Shown piece by piece: positions 1-8,975 of a stretch of DNA of 64,000 nt. The stretch comes from Methanomassiliicoccales archaeon (GTDB taxonomy: Archaea; Thermoplasmatota; Thermoplasmata; Methanomassiliicoccales; UBA472). The DNA is taken from positions 4,203 to 68,202 of the forward strand of contig JAXGRO010000006.1 of assembly GCA_040765825.1 (NCBI GenBank), read 5' to 3'. A program made the position numbers and the translations under genes. Position 1 is the first letter of the stretch; every line of letters begins with the position of its first letter. Below the pieces are notes generated by a model. The model did no database searches. It had not been told where the DNA came from and saw nothing but the letters and a program-made list of their open reading frames with translations.

Positions 1-58
1 GTGGACGGTGCGGGACGTGAAGACCTACCTGAGGGAGAACGGGGTTGAGGTGAGATGA
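1..58 (+). CDS. hisF: HisF (imidazole glycerol phosphate synthase cyclase subunit), last 18 codons only; gene begins upstream of the window
   Basis: The frame starting at nt 2 reads WTVRDVKTYLRENGVEVR-stop. This matches the conserved HisF C-terminal tail (..LKxYLxxxGVxVR). Its TGA (56-58) overlaps the hisIE ATG at 55 (ATGA coupling). Confidence 0.6.
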   Translation, partial: WTVRDVKTYLRENGVEVR

Positions 59-657
59 GCGCCCCCAAGTTCGACGCCAACGGCCTCATCCCGGTCATCG
101 TGCAGGACCACGTCACCAACGAGGTGCTCATGCTGGCCTACGCCAACGAGGAGGCCTACCGCCAGATGCTGAGCACCGGGAGGACGCACTTCTACTCCCG
201 CTCCAGGCAGGCCCAGTGGATGAAGGGGGAGACCTCCGGCCACGTGCAGGACATCGTCTCCATGCAGCTGGACTGCGATAACGACACCTTGCTGGTCAGG
301 GTCAAGCAGACCGGGGTGGCCTGCCACCTGGACCGCATGTCCTGCTTCGACGAGGTGGTGTACGGGGACACGGAAGGCACCGCGGCCATACTCCCGGAGC
401 TGCTCCGGGTGATCAGGGAGCGGAAGGAGAGCCCCGACCAGGAGAGCTACACCTGCAAGCTGTTCGCGGACGAGAACAAGCGCCTGAAGAAGGTGGTGGA
501 GGAGGCCGGGGAGGTGCTGCTGGCGGCCAAGGACCGCGACGTGGAGCAGCAGTCCTGGGAGGTGGCCGACCTGCTGTACCACCTGATGGTGGCCGTGGAG
601 GGCATGGAGGCCGGCTGGGAGGACGTCTACCGCAAGCTGGCCGGGAGGAGGAGATGA
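55..657 (+). CDS. hisIE: Bifunctional phosphoribosyl-AMP cyclohydrolase / phosphoribosyl-ATP pyrophosphatase HisIE
   Basis: The N-terminal half has HisI-type motifs (VIVQD, LMLAYANEEA, SRSRQ..W.KGETSGH, DCDNDTLL). The C-terminal half is HisE/MazG-like (SYTCKLF, KKVVEEAGE, ADLLYHLMV). Confidence 0.9.
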   Translation: MSAPKFDANGLIPVIVQDHVTNEVLMLAYANEEAYRQMLSTGRTHFYSRSRQAQWMKGETSGHVQDIVSMQLDCDNDTLLVRVKQTGVACHLDRMSCFDEVVYGDTEGTAAILPELLRVIRERKESPDQESYTCKLFADENKRLKKVVEEAGEVLLAAKDRDVEQQSWEVADLLYHLMVAVEGMEAGWEDVYRKLAGRRR

Positions 658-1313
658 GGGCCGAGCTGCACACCCATACCCTGCTGAGCGACGGCGAGCT
701 GCTGCCCATAGAGCTGGCCCGCCGGGCCCTGGTCAAGGGGACCAAGATACTAGCCTTCACGGACCACGTCTCCCTGAGCAACCTGGAAAGGGTCATCGAC
801 GAGGCCCGCCGGGACGCGGAGCTGGCCTCGGAGTGGGGCATGAAGGTACTGGTGGGCGTGGAGGTGACCCATGTGCCCGCCCGGCGCCTGGACGAGGTGG
901 TGGCCAAGGCCCGCCGCCTGGGCGCGGAGATCGTGGTGGTGCACGGGGAGACCATCAGCGAGCCGGTGGAGCGGGGGACCAACATGGCCGCGGTGCTGAA
1001 CCCGGAGGTGGACATCCTGGCGCACCCCGGGTTCATAACCTTGGAGGAGGCCCAGCTGGCCCGGGACAACGGGGTGGCCCTGGAGATCACCTCCCGGGGT
1101 TCGCACTGCAAGACCAACGGACACGTGGCCCGCATGGCCCAGCAGGCCGGGGCGCTGATGGTGGTGAACACCGACGCGCACTCCCCGGGGGACCTTATCG
1201 ACATGCAGACCGCGCTGCAGATCGCCCTGGCCGCCGGCCTCACCCGCGAGGAGGCCGACCGGGCGGTGGTGGAGACCCCCCGGCACATGGTCAAGAAGAG
1301 GTGGCGTGGTTGA
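654..1313 (+). CDS. PHP-domain metal-dependent phosphoesterase (candidate histidinol-phosphate phosphatase by context)
   Basis: N-terminal HTHTLLSDG PHP signature, with later HGE and NTDAHSPGD motifs. The ATG overlaps the hisIE stop, and its own stop overlaps the aspartate kinase start. Confidence 0.7.
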   Translation: MRAELHTHTLLSDGELLPIELARRALVKGTKILAFTDHVSLSNLERVIDEARRDAELASEWGMKVLVGVEVTHVPARRLDEVVAKARRLGAEIVVVHGETISEPVERGTNMAAVLNPEVDILAHPGFITLEEAQLARDNGVALEITSRGSHCKTNGHVARMAQQAGALMVVNTDAHSPGDLIDMQTALQIALAAGLTREEADRAVVETPRHMVKKRWRG

Positions 1314-2665
1314 AGGTACTGAAGTTCGGAGGCTCCTCGCTCAGGACCGGGGAGTGCATGCGCCAGGTGGCCGAGATCGTGGTGGCCGAGAGGGAGAAGA
1401 AGGCCGTGGTGCTTAGCGCGGTGACCGGGGTCACCGAGATGCTGGTGCAGTTCATCTCCCGCACGCGCAGCGAGGAGGACGTGGACGCCTTCATGGGACA
1501 GATCACCAAGCTGCACACCGACCTGGTGAAGGACGCCCTGCGCACGGAGAAGTGCCAGGCCAAGGCCATGGAGGAGCTGGTCTCCAAGCTGGTCAAGCTG
1601 GAGCGCATGCTCTACGGCTCCTGCTACATAGAGGAGGTCAACCCGCGCATCCGCGATTACGTGCAGTGCTTCGGAGAGCGCCTGTCGGTCATCATGCTGG
1701 CCGCGCTGCTCAACGAGATGGGTGCCAAGGCCCGGCCCATGGACGCGGACGAGCTGGGGATCATAACCGACGGGGAGTACGGCACGGCCACGGTCAACAT
1801 GGAGGCCACCCGGGTCAACATCCGCCCGAGGCTGATGAAGGCCCTGCAGGACGATGTGGTCCCGGTCATAACCGGCTTCTTCGGCCGGGCCCCGGAGGGC
1901 TCGGTCACCGTCTTCGGACGCAACGGCAGCGACTACAGCGCGGCCGCGGTGGCCAACGCCATGGGCGCCTCCTGCCTGGAGATATGGAAGGACGTGGACG
2001 GGTTCATGAGCGTGGACCCCAAGATCGTTCCGTCCGCCCGGCCCATCCCCCGCCTCAGCTACGACGAGGCGGCCGAGCTGGCCTACTTCGGAGCGAAGGT
2101 CGTGCACCCCATGACCATGGAGCCTGCGCGCTCCGGCAACATCGAGATCCGGGTGAAGAACGTCTTCCGGCCGGAGGCCCCGGGCACGGCCATCGGCGGC
2201 CTGGAGAACGTGGACAAGAGCATCAAGTCCATCTCCTGCATGAAGAACCTGTCCTTGGTGAAGGTGTTCGGGGAGGGGACCGGATACCGGCTGGGAGTGC
2301 TGGCGGACGTAGCCTCCATCCTGCGCGAGGCGGAGATCAACATCTACAGCGTGGTCACGTCCCTGACCTGCATCGCCCTGCTGGTGGACCGCAAGGACGT
2401 GGCCAAGGCCCAGAAGGCCCTGGCCGCCGGCGGTGCGACCCGAGTGGAGACGCACACTGACTTCGCGCTCATGTGCATCGTGGGCGAGGGGCTGGGGCAC
2501 CACAAGGGCCTGGCCTCCAGGGTGTTCCAGGCCGTGGCCAAGGAGGGCGTGAACGTGGGGCTGATCTCCGCGGGCGCGTCGCTGGTGGCATACCACTTCA
2601 CGGTGGACCAGGCCGACCTGGAGAGGGCCACCAGGGCGGTGCACGAGGAGCTGTTCGGGTGCTGA
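1310..2665 (+). CDS. lysC: Aspartate kinase (with C-terminal ACT-type regulatory region)
   Basis: The in-frame TTG at 1310 (GTG at 1301 also possible) gives MKVLKFGGSSL..., the typical aspartokinase N-terminus. Later motifs include GRNGSDYSAAAVA and ELAYFGAKVVHP, plus an ACT-like tail. The ORF-track start at 833 is an upstream read-through of the same frame. Confidence 0.85.
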   Translation: MKVLKFGGSSLRTGECMRQVAEIVVAEREKKAVVLSAVTGVTEMLVQFISRTRSEEDVDAFMGQITKLHTDLVKDALRTEKCQAKAMEELVSKLVKLERMLYGSCYIEEVNPRIRDYVQCFGERLSVIMLAALLNEMGAKARPMDADELGIITDGEYGTATVNMEATRVNIRPRLMKALQDDVVPVITGFFGRAPEGSVTVFGRNGSDYSAAAVANAMGASCLEIWKDVDGFMSVDPKIVPSARPIPRLSYDEAAELAYFGAKVVHPMTMEPARSGNIEIRVKNVFRPEAPGTAIGGLENVDKSIKSISCMKNLSLVKVFGEGTGYRLGVLADVASILREAEINIYSVVTSLTCIALLVDRKDVAKAQKALAAGGATRVETHTDFALMCIVGEGLGHHKGLASRVFQAVAKEGVNVGLISAGASLVAYHFTVDQADLERATRAVHEELFGC

Positions 2666-2666
2666 C

Positions 2667-3488
2667 ATGATGATCGCCTTCCAGGGAGTGAAGGGGGCCT
2701 ACAGCGAGGACGCGGTGTTCGCCTGGAGCCCGGAAGCGGAGACGCTGGAATGCCCGGAGTTCGTGGACCTCTTCGACGCGGTGCGCTCCGGACGCGCGGA
2801 ATACGGGATGCTGCCGGTGGAGAACAGCATCGAGGGCAGCGTCACCGCCGCCAACGACCTGCTGTTCCGCAGCGACCTGAAGGTGGTGGGGGAGGTGATG
2901 GTGCGCATCCGGCACTGCCTGATCGGGCACCGCGACGCCGAGCTCTCCGACATCCGCAGGGTCTACAGCCACCCCCAGGCCCTGGCCCAGTGCCGGGACC
3001 TGCTGACCTCCCATCCGGAGTGGCAGAAGGTGCCGGCGTTCGATACGGCCGGCTCGGTGCGCATGGTGAGGGAGCGCGGGGACCGGGAGGAGGCGGCCAT
3101 CGCCTCCCGGCGCGCGGCGGAGACCTACGGCATGAAGGTGCTGCTGGAGGACGTGCAGAGCATCCGGGACAACATAACCCGCTTCTTCGTGCTCTCCCGG
3201 GACCCCCGGATGGAGATGGGCGACAAGACCGCCCTGGCCTTCACCACCAAGAACCGCCCGGGAGCGCTGTTCGACTGCCTGAAGGCCTTCGCCTCCCATC
3301 AGGTGAACATAACCAAGCTGGAGTCCCGGCCCTGGCATGGGCGCACCTGGGAGTACGTGTTCTACCTGGACCTGGACGGGGACGGCCGGGACGGGAAGGT
3401 GGCCGCCGCGTTCCACGAGCTGCAGGAGAGCGCCTCCTGCGTGCGGGTGTTCGGCTCCTTCCTCAAGGCCCGCTCAGTCGGGCCTTAG
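2667..3488 (+). CDS. pheA: Prephenate dehydratase
   Basis: PDT domain (GMLPVENSIEGSV, SHPQALAQC) followed by an ACT domain with the TKLESRP motif. It starts 1 nt after the aspartate kinase stop. Confidence 0.9.
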   Translation: MMIAFQGVKGAYSEDAVFAWSPEAETLECPEFVDLFDAVRSGRAEYGMLPVENSIEGSVTAANDLLFRSDLKVVGEVMVRIRHCLIGHRDAELSDIRRVYSHPQALAQCRDLLTSHPEWQKVPAFDTAGSVRMVRERGDREEAAIASRRAAETYGMKVLLEDVQSIRDNITRFFVLSRDPRMEMGDKTALAFTTKNRPGALFDCLKAFASHQVNITKLESRPWHGRTWEYVFYLDLDGDGRDGKVAAAFHELQESASCVRVFGSFLKARSVGP

Positions 3489-4025
3489 GGCCTTGATGGG
3501 CTTGTCGGCCGAGGACCAGTATTCCCCGTCCCAGTAGAGCAGCGCCTGGCTGCGGTCGTAGTTCTCCACGATATCGGTGTGCTTGATCTCGCCCAGGTAC
3601 CAGGTGTGGTCCCCCACCTCGAAGGATCTGGTCTTCTTGAGCTCGATGTTGATCAGGCACTCGGCGATGCGCGGGGCCTTGGTGCGCTTGCCCTTCACCG
3701 GCGTGAGCCCGGAGAGCTTGAACTTGTCGGTCTCCGAGCCGCTCCGCTCCCCGCAGAGCATGACCTTGTCCAGGAGGTCCTTGCCGGGGATGTTGACCGT
3801 GAACTCGTCGTTCTCCTCCAGGAGCTTGTAGCTGTGCCTGGAGGTGGTCACCCCTATGCCGATGACCGGCGGGCGCACCGAGAACACGTTGAACATGCCC
3901 ACGGTGATGATGTTCTTGTCCGTCCAGTCCTTGTCGGCCACCCCCACCAGCACCACCGGCGCCGGCGGCAGGGACATGACCGCCCCCATGTGATCCAGGT
4001 CCACCTTGTCGTCCATGCTTACCAA
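3474..4025 (-). CDS. Flavin reductase-like FMN-binding protein (flavoredoxin-like), paralogue 1
   Basis: 183-aa ORF with flavin-reductase split-barrel family features (PVVLVGV, NIITVGMF, PPVIGIGV, SYKLLEE..EFTVNIP). Clearly paralogous to the next gene. Confidence 0.7.
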   Translation of the reverse strand: MVSMDDKVDLDHMGAVMSLPPAPVVLVGVADKDWTDKNIITVGMFNVFSVRPPVIGIGVTTSRHSYKLLEENDEFTVNIPGKDLLDKVMLCGERSGSETDKFKLSGLTPVKGKRTKAPRIAECLINIELKKTRSFEVGDHTWYLGEIKHTDIVENYDRSQALLYWDGEYWSSADKPIKALRPD

Positions 4026-4070
4026 GTTAGCACCGCTAATAGAACGGGAGCGGTGTGGTAATAAAGCTTT

Positions 4071-4598
4071 TCAGCGCTTGCGGATGACGTCGCCCAGCAC
4101 CCGGAACTCCCCGGACCAGTACATGAGGGTCTTCTCGCGGTCGGCGTCCTTGGCCATCTCCGCGTGCACCACCTCCCCCAGGTACCACACGTGGTCGCCG
4201 GCGTCCACCCGCTGCCTCTTCACGCACTCCAGGTTGACCACGCAGTCCGCGATGACCGGGGAGCGTATCTTCTTGGAGGGCAGGGGCTCGAACCCGCAGT
4301 CCTCGAACTTGTCCACCTCCCGCCCGGAGTGCTGCCCGCAGTACAGGACCTCCTCTACCAGGTCCTTGCCGGGGATGTTGATGGAGAAGTCCTCGGAGGT
4401 CTCCAGGAGCTCATAGCTGTGGCGGGCGGGAGATATCCCTATGCCCAGCACGGGAGGGTTGAACGAGAACATGTGCACCAGGGCCACGGTGAGAACGTTG
4501 CGTTCGCCCTTGGCGTCGCCCACCGCCACCAATACCACCGGGAAGGCGGGAAAGGCCCGGCATGCCCATATGGGGTTGACCTCGTTCTTCTCCAACAT
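4071..4598 (-). CDS. Flavin reductase-like FMN-binding protein (flavoredoxin-like), paralogue 2
   Basis: Same family (FPVVLVAVGD, NVLTVALVHMFSFNPPVLGIGIS, SYELLETSEDFSINIP). I chose the ATG at 4598 (MLEKNEV...) because an AT-rich TATA-like element (4628-4637) lies about 30 nt upstream. The ORF-track start at 4787 and the ATG at 4628 are alternatives. Confidence 0.65.
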   Translation of the reverse strand: MLEKNEVNPIWACRAFPAFPVVLVAVGDAKGERNVLTVALVHMFSFNPPVLGIGISPARHSYELLETSEDFSINIPGKDLVEEVLYCGQHSGREVDKFEDCGFEPLPSKKIRSPVIADCVVNLECVKRQRVDAGDHVWYLGEVVHAEMAKDADREKTLMYWSGEFRVLGDVIRKR

Positions 4599-4755
4599 GA
4601 CTTTCCCCTTGGGGATTTTTAAGGTCATAATATAATGTTTGGTAACCTTGTTCCGCAAGGATGGAAGATTAAGCGCCGTTAATCCATCCAGCGGACCCCC
4701 TAATGCCCTGACGGACAGTTTATTAGCGTCCCCGCGCCTACCCGGGAGGAGAAAG

Positions 4756-5541
4756 ATGAAGGCCAGGATTGGAATTATCGGAGGCACCGGGGTCTACGAC
4801 CCGGAGATGTTCGAGCTGAAGGAGACCGTCAGGCCGCACACCCCCTACGGGGCGGCCTCGGACGAGATACAGGTCGGGGAGCTCAGGGGAGTCCCGGTGG
4901 CCTTCCTGCCCCGGCACGGGCGCGGACATGTCCTCCCGCCGCACATGATCAACTACCGGGCCAACATATACGCCATGAAGCAGCTGGGGGTGGAGAGGAT
5001 CATATCCCCATGCGCGGTGGGCTCGCTGCAGGAGGAGTTTCAGCCCGGGGAGATCGTCCTGGTGGACCAGTTCATCGATCTCACCAAGTCCCGAAAGTAC
5101 ACCTTCTTCGACGGCCCCCGGACGGTGCACATCGGGGCGGCCGACCCTTTCTGCCCGGAGATGAACGCCCTGTTCGCCAAGGAGGCCAAGAAGGCCAAGA
5201 TCAAGGTGCATTCCGGGGGAACGTACGTGTGCATCGAGGGGCCCAGGTTCTCCACCAGGGCCGAGAGCCGGATGTATCGGGCCTTCGCCGACGTCATCGG
5301 CATGACCCTGGCGCCCGAATGCGCCCTGGCCCGGGAGATGGAGATGTGCTACACCAGCCTGGCCATGATAACCGATTACGATGTCTGGGCCGACCACCCG
5401 GTGGACACCGCGGCCATCCTGAAGGTCATGTCCGAGAACATGGACCGCATACGCGCCCTGCTATCGGCCACCGTCCCCAAGGTTCCCCAGGAAAGGAAGA
5501 AGTGCGAGTGCGGCAGGGTGCTGGAAGCGGCCGGGGCCTGA
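4756..5541 (+). CDS. mtnP: S-methyl-5'-thioadenosine phosphorylase / purine nucleoside phosphorylase family
   Basis: MKARIGIIGGTGVYD N-terminus, with LPRHGRGH, GPRFST.AES and VIGMTLAPE motifs typical of MTAP. An internal ATG at 4756 was chosen over the TTG at 4639. Confidence 0.85.
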   Translation: MKARIGIIGGTGVYDPEMFELKETVRPHTPYGAASDEIQVGELRGVPVAFLPRHGRGHVLPPHMINYRANIYAMKQLGVERIISPCAVGSLQEEFQPGEIVLVDQFIDLTKSRKYTFFDGPRTVHIGAADPFCPEMNALFAKEAKKAKIKVHSGGTYVCIEGPRFSTRAESRMYRAFADVIGMTLAPECALAREMEMCYTSLAMITDYDVWADHPVDTAAILKVMSENMDRIRALLSATVPKVPQERKKCECGRVLEAAGA

Positions 5542-6006
5542 TCACAGCCCCTTGATGATGTCCAGGGCCTGCTCGGCATGCTCCTTGGAGCGCAGCATGG
5601 AGTTGAAGACCAGGCGTATCCTCCATTCCTTGTCAATGACGTAGGTGATGCGCGCAGGAGTTCCGCCAATGCCGAAGGCCCCGAAGGCCTTCCTCAGCTC
5701 CTGCTTCTCGTCGCTAAGCAGCAGGAAGGTCAGCTCGTGGTCCGTGGCGAACTCCTTGTGCGTCTTGACGTCGTCCGAGGAGACCCCGATGACCTCCGCG
5801 CCCGCGGCCTGGAACTGCTCATGCATCTGCCGGAAGGAGACGGCCTCCATGGTGCACACCTTGGTGAAGTCGGCGGGATAGAAGTACAGGGCCAGGGCCT
5901 TCTTGCCCCTGAACTCCTTGGAGCTCACCATGCGTCCGTCCTGATCGGGAAGCTCGAAGTCCGGGGCGAGGTCGCCCTCTTTCAGCTTTTCAGCCATGGA
6001 TTCCAT
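5542..6006 (-). CDS. bcp: Thioredoxin-dependent peroxiredoxin, Bcp type
   Basis: APDFELPDQDG ... FYPADFTKVCTME matches the AhpC/TSA/Bcp peroxidatic-Cys motif (FTxxCTxE). Confidence 0.85.
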   Translation of the reverse strand: MESMAEKLKEGDLAPDFELPDQDGRMVSSKEFRGKKALALYFYPADFTKVCTMEAVSFRQMHEQFQAAGAEVIGVSSDDVKTHKEFATDHELTFLLLSDEKQELRKAFGAFGIGGTPARITYVIDKEWRIRLVFNSMLRSKEHAEQALDIIKGL

Positions 6007-6085
6007 TACTCGAGCTGAATGAGCTTAATGCTTTCCATGAAGGGGGTGAAACTTTTTTATTAGCATCAAGGATATACTATTCCTC

Positions 6086-6316
6086 ATGACCTGCTACTTC
6101 CGCCACCTTGACCCGGTGTTCAAGAGGGCTGGATTGCAGATAGACATCGACAACCGGAAAAGGGTGGATATCATAATCCACCGTATGGTGGGGGTGGAGT
6201 ACAAGGACTGCACCCAGACTTGGAAGGCGGTGAAGGAGCTGCTCAAGGACGAGGAGGCCTTCATCCAGCGGCTGCGCGAGGAGTGCCAGGCCTGCAATAT
6301 CTACCTGGACTATTGA
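6086..6316 (+). CDS. Small hypothetical protein (76 aa, Cys-containing)
   Basis: Intact ORF in a spacer preceded by an AT-rich promoter-like stretch (6050-6080). Composition is protein-like, but I recognise no family. Confidence 0.4.
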   Translation: MTCYFRHLDPVFKRAGLQIDIDNRKRVDIIIHRMVGVEYKDCTQTWKAVKELLKDEEAFIQRLREECQACNIYLDY

Positions 6317-6700
6317 TCACTCGCCGATGTGCTTGCGGTAGGCCGCAGCGTCCATTAACTTGCCTAGCTCGCCATCCTCGGACATCCTGATGCGGGCCAG
6401 CCATCCGTTCTGGTACGGGGATTTATTTATCAGGGAGGGATCGTCGTCCACCGGGGAGTTCACCTCCACGACCTCTCCGGACACCGGGGCGTACACGTCC
6501 GCGGTGTTCTTGACGCTCTCCACCACCGCCAGGACCTCGCCCTTCTTGACCTTGGCGCCCGTCTTGGGAAGCTGCACATAGACGAACTCGGTCAGCTCGC
6601 CCTGGGCATGGTCGGTGATGCCCACGGTGGCCACCTCGCCCTCGACCTTCGCCCACTCGTGGTCCTTGGTGTAACGGAGTCCCTCGGGTACCTCGCTCAT
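6317..6700 (-). CDS. gcvH: Glycine cleavage system H protein / lipoyl carrier
   Basis: MSEVPEGLRYTKDHEWAKVEG..., with the lipoyl-lysine motif VESVKNTADVYAP. I used the ATG at 6700; the ORF-track start at 6865 adds a non-conserved 55-aa extension. Confidence 0.85.
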   Translation of the reverse strand: MSEVPEGLRYTKDHEWAKVEGEVATVGITDHAQGELTEFVYVQLPKTGAKVKKGEVLAVVESVKNTADVYAPVSGEVVEVNSPVDDDPSLINKSPYQNGWLARIRMSEDGELGKLMDAAAYRKHIGE

Positions 6701-6776
6701 GATATCTTCCAAGGGAACTAGGTACGAATATTTATGCCCCACGCGTGAGGACCGATAAGGGATAAATAGCTGGGGC

Positions 6777-8975
6777 ATGATGGAAAGGGGCATGCGCATA
6801 ACCGTGCGGGGAGTGGTCCAGGGAGTGGGGTTCCGCCCCACCGTCCACCGCCTGGCCAGGTCCATGGGCTTGAACGGTTACGTGCAGAACAACGGTTCCA
6901 ACGTGGTCATTGAGATCGACGGGGATCCCCAGGAGTTCGTGGCCAGGCTCAGGGAGGCCCTGCCCCCGCTGGCCCGCCTGGACTCCGTGGAGGTGTCCGG
7001 GGGCCTTCCGGACGCCGAGCTGAGGGAGATGGGCTTCGCCATCGTGCCCAGCCAGGCCGGCACGGGAGGGGTGGGCATCCCCAACGACACCGCGGTGTGC
7101 GAGAGCTGCCTGAGGGAGATGTTCGACCCCGGGGACCGCAGGTACCTATACCCCTTCACCAACTGCACCGACTGCGGCGCGCGTTTCACGGTGATCGAGG
7201 ACCTGCCCTACGACCGGGAGAAGACCTCCATGCGGCCGTTCCATATGTGCCCGGAATGCTCCAGGGAGTATAAGGACCCGGACGCCAGGCGCTTCCATCA
7301 CCAGACCGTCACCTGCCCGGTGTGCGGTCCGCGCTATCATCTGCTGGGCCCGGACGGCGGCCGTGATTACGATGATCCAATACGCAAGTTCGCCAGGGCC
7401 CTGGATGAGGGGATGATCGGCGTGGCCAAGAGCTGGGGAGGGATGCACCTGTGCTGCACCCTGGACCGGCTGGAGCACATGCGCGAGTGGTACCGCAGGA
7501 GGGAGAAGCCCTTCGCCGTCATGGTGCGGGACCTGGAGGCCCTGGAACGGTACGCAAGGCCATCCCGGCAGGACATCCGCCTGCTCACCTCCAGCCACCG
7601 CCCCATCGTGCTGGTGGACAAGGTTGACGGGGAGGTGACGGAACTGGTGGCCCCCGGCCTCGGCAACATAGGGGTGTTCCTGCCCTACACCGCGATGCAG
7701 CATCTTCTCTTCCACTACCTGGACGATGACGCCCTGGTGATGACCTCGGCCAATGTGCCCGGGGAGCCCATGGTGCTCCGGGAGACGGACGCCCTGAAGC
7801 TGGGGGCGGACGTGTACCTCATGCACGACCGGGAGATCGTCAACCGCTGCGACGATTCGGTGGTGCGTTCCTTCGGAGATCTCACGTACTACATCCGCAA
7901 GTCCCGGGGCCACATCCCCTCGCACATCGACCTCCCTGTGAAGGGAACGGCGGTCGGAGTGGGGGCCCAGGAGGGGCTGGCCGGCGCCCTGGCCTTTGAC
8001 GGCCGGCTGTACGCCACCCAGTACATCGGCGACGCCACCTCCCCGGGGGTCCTGGAGTTCCTGGAGGAGAGCCTGAAATACCTCCGACGGCTGCTGGGCG
8101 CGTACCGCCTGGACGCCATCGGCATGGACATGCACCCCGGGCATTCCACGCGCCGCCTGGCCAAGCGCTGGGCGGAGGAGAGCGGGATCGAGCCGGTGGA
8201 GGTGCAGCATCACCACGCGCACGCCGCGGCCCTGCTGGTGGAATCCAGGCTGGAGCGGATGGCGGCCATCACCATCGACGGCACCGGGTACGGGGACGAC
8301 GGGGTGGCCTGGGGAGGGGAGGTGCTGCTCTCCGACCTCCGGGATTACCGCAGGGCCGGCCACCTGGCGGAGGTCCCGCTGCTGGGAGGGGAGAAGGCCG
8401 TTTACGACGTCAGGCGCATCGCCTTCGCCCTGGCCGAGATGACCGGGGGCGGCCTGGACTACTTCCCTGATGAGCAGGCCGGGCTGTTCCGCAAGATGAT
8501 GGCCCGTTCCGGCCGGACCACCTCCTTCGGACGGGTGCTGGACGCCGTGTCGGCTTACCTGGGGGTGTGCACCAGCCGAACCTACGACGGGGAGCCGGCC
8601 ATGAAGCTGGAGCGGTGGCTGAGGGACGCGAAGCGGCTGGACCTGGTGCCCACGCTGCGCAGGGGAGACGTCATAGACACCCCGTCCATGTTCCGGGCCA
8701 TGATGGAGGCCCGGGGGGACCGGGCCGACCTGGCCGGCAGCATGGCCTACGCCATGGTCCGCGGCCTGGTGGACATCGCCGCCGAGGAGGCCGAGGCCGA
8801 GGGCCTCAGGCACGTGGGGCTGAGCGGGGGGGTCAGCTACAACCATGCCATCTCCGCCTGGACCAAGGAACTGGTGGAGGCACGCGGTCTCATCTTCGTC
8901 GGCCACGACCTCACCCCCAACGGGGACGGCTGCATCTCCACCGGGCAGTGCGCGGTGGCCCTGTCACGGATGTGA
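6777..8975 (+). CDS. hypF: [NiFe]-hydrogenase maturation carbamoyltransferase HypF
   Basis: Acylphosphatase-like N-terminus (VRGVVQGVGFRP). Two CxxC-x18-CxxC zinc fingers (CESC..CTDCG; CPEC..CPVCG). YrdC-like and Kae1-like C-terminal domains (QHHHAH). Confidence 0.9.
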   Translation: MMERGMRITVRGVVQGVGFRPTVHRLARSMGLNGYVQNNGSNVVIEIDGDPQEFVARLREALPPLARLDSVEVSGGLPDAELREMGFAIVPSQAGTGGVGIPNDTAVCESCLREMFDPGDRRYLYPFTNCTDCGARFTVIEDLPYDREKTSMRPFHMCPECSREYKDPDARRFHHQTVTCPVCGPRYHLLGPDGGRDYDDPIRKFARALDEGMIGVAKSWGGMHLCCTLDRLEHMREWYRRREKPFAVMVRDLEALERYARPSRQDIRLLTSSHRPIVLVDKVDGEVTELVAPGLGNIGVFLPYTAMQHLLFHYLDDDALVMTSANVPGEPMVLRETDALKLGADVYLMHDREIVNRCDDSVVRSFGDLTYYIRKSRGHIPSHIDLPVKGTAVGVGAQEGLAGALAFDGRLYATQYIGDATSPGVLEFLEESLKYLRRLLGAYRLDAIGMDMHPGHSTRRLAKRWAEESGIEPVEVQHHHAHAAALLVESRLERMAAITIDGTGYGDDGVAWGGEVLLSDLRDYRRAGHLAEVPLLGGEKAVYDVRRIAFALAEMTGGGLDYFPDEQAGLFRKMMARSGRTTSFGRVLDAVSAYLGVCTSRTYDGEPAMKLERWLRDAKRLDLVPTLRRGDVIDTPSMFRAMMEARGDRADLAGSMAYAMVRGLVDIAAEEAEAEGLRHVGLSGGVSYNHAISAWTKELVEARGLIFVGHDLTPNGDGCISTGQCAVALSRM

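Noticed and set aside
413-2668. 751-aa ORF on the minus strand spanning hisIE, the PHP gene and aspartate kinase
   Set aside because: The translation is Arg/Gly/Pro/His/Ala-rich and low in complexity, with no recognisable motifs. This is typical of antisense frames in GC-rich DNA. The plus strand encodes three genes with strong family signatures.
6701-6865. N-terminal extensions suggested by the ORF track: gcvH from 6865, cobT from 10709, the ApgM-like gene from 9542, mtnP from 4639, rpoL from 57529, and the ATPase from 53623
   Set aside because: The extensions are non-conserved, overlap promoter-like AT-rich DNA or the palindromic sites, and often begin with TTG. Internal ATG starts give N-termini matching the family consensus.
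7146-8906. 586-aa minus-strand ORF antisense to hypF
   Set aside because: It has the same GC-driven antisense composition, while the plus-strand HypF carries all its diagnostic motifs.
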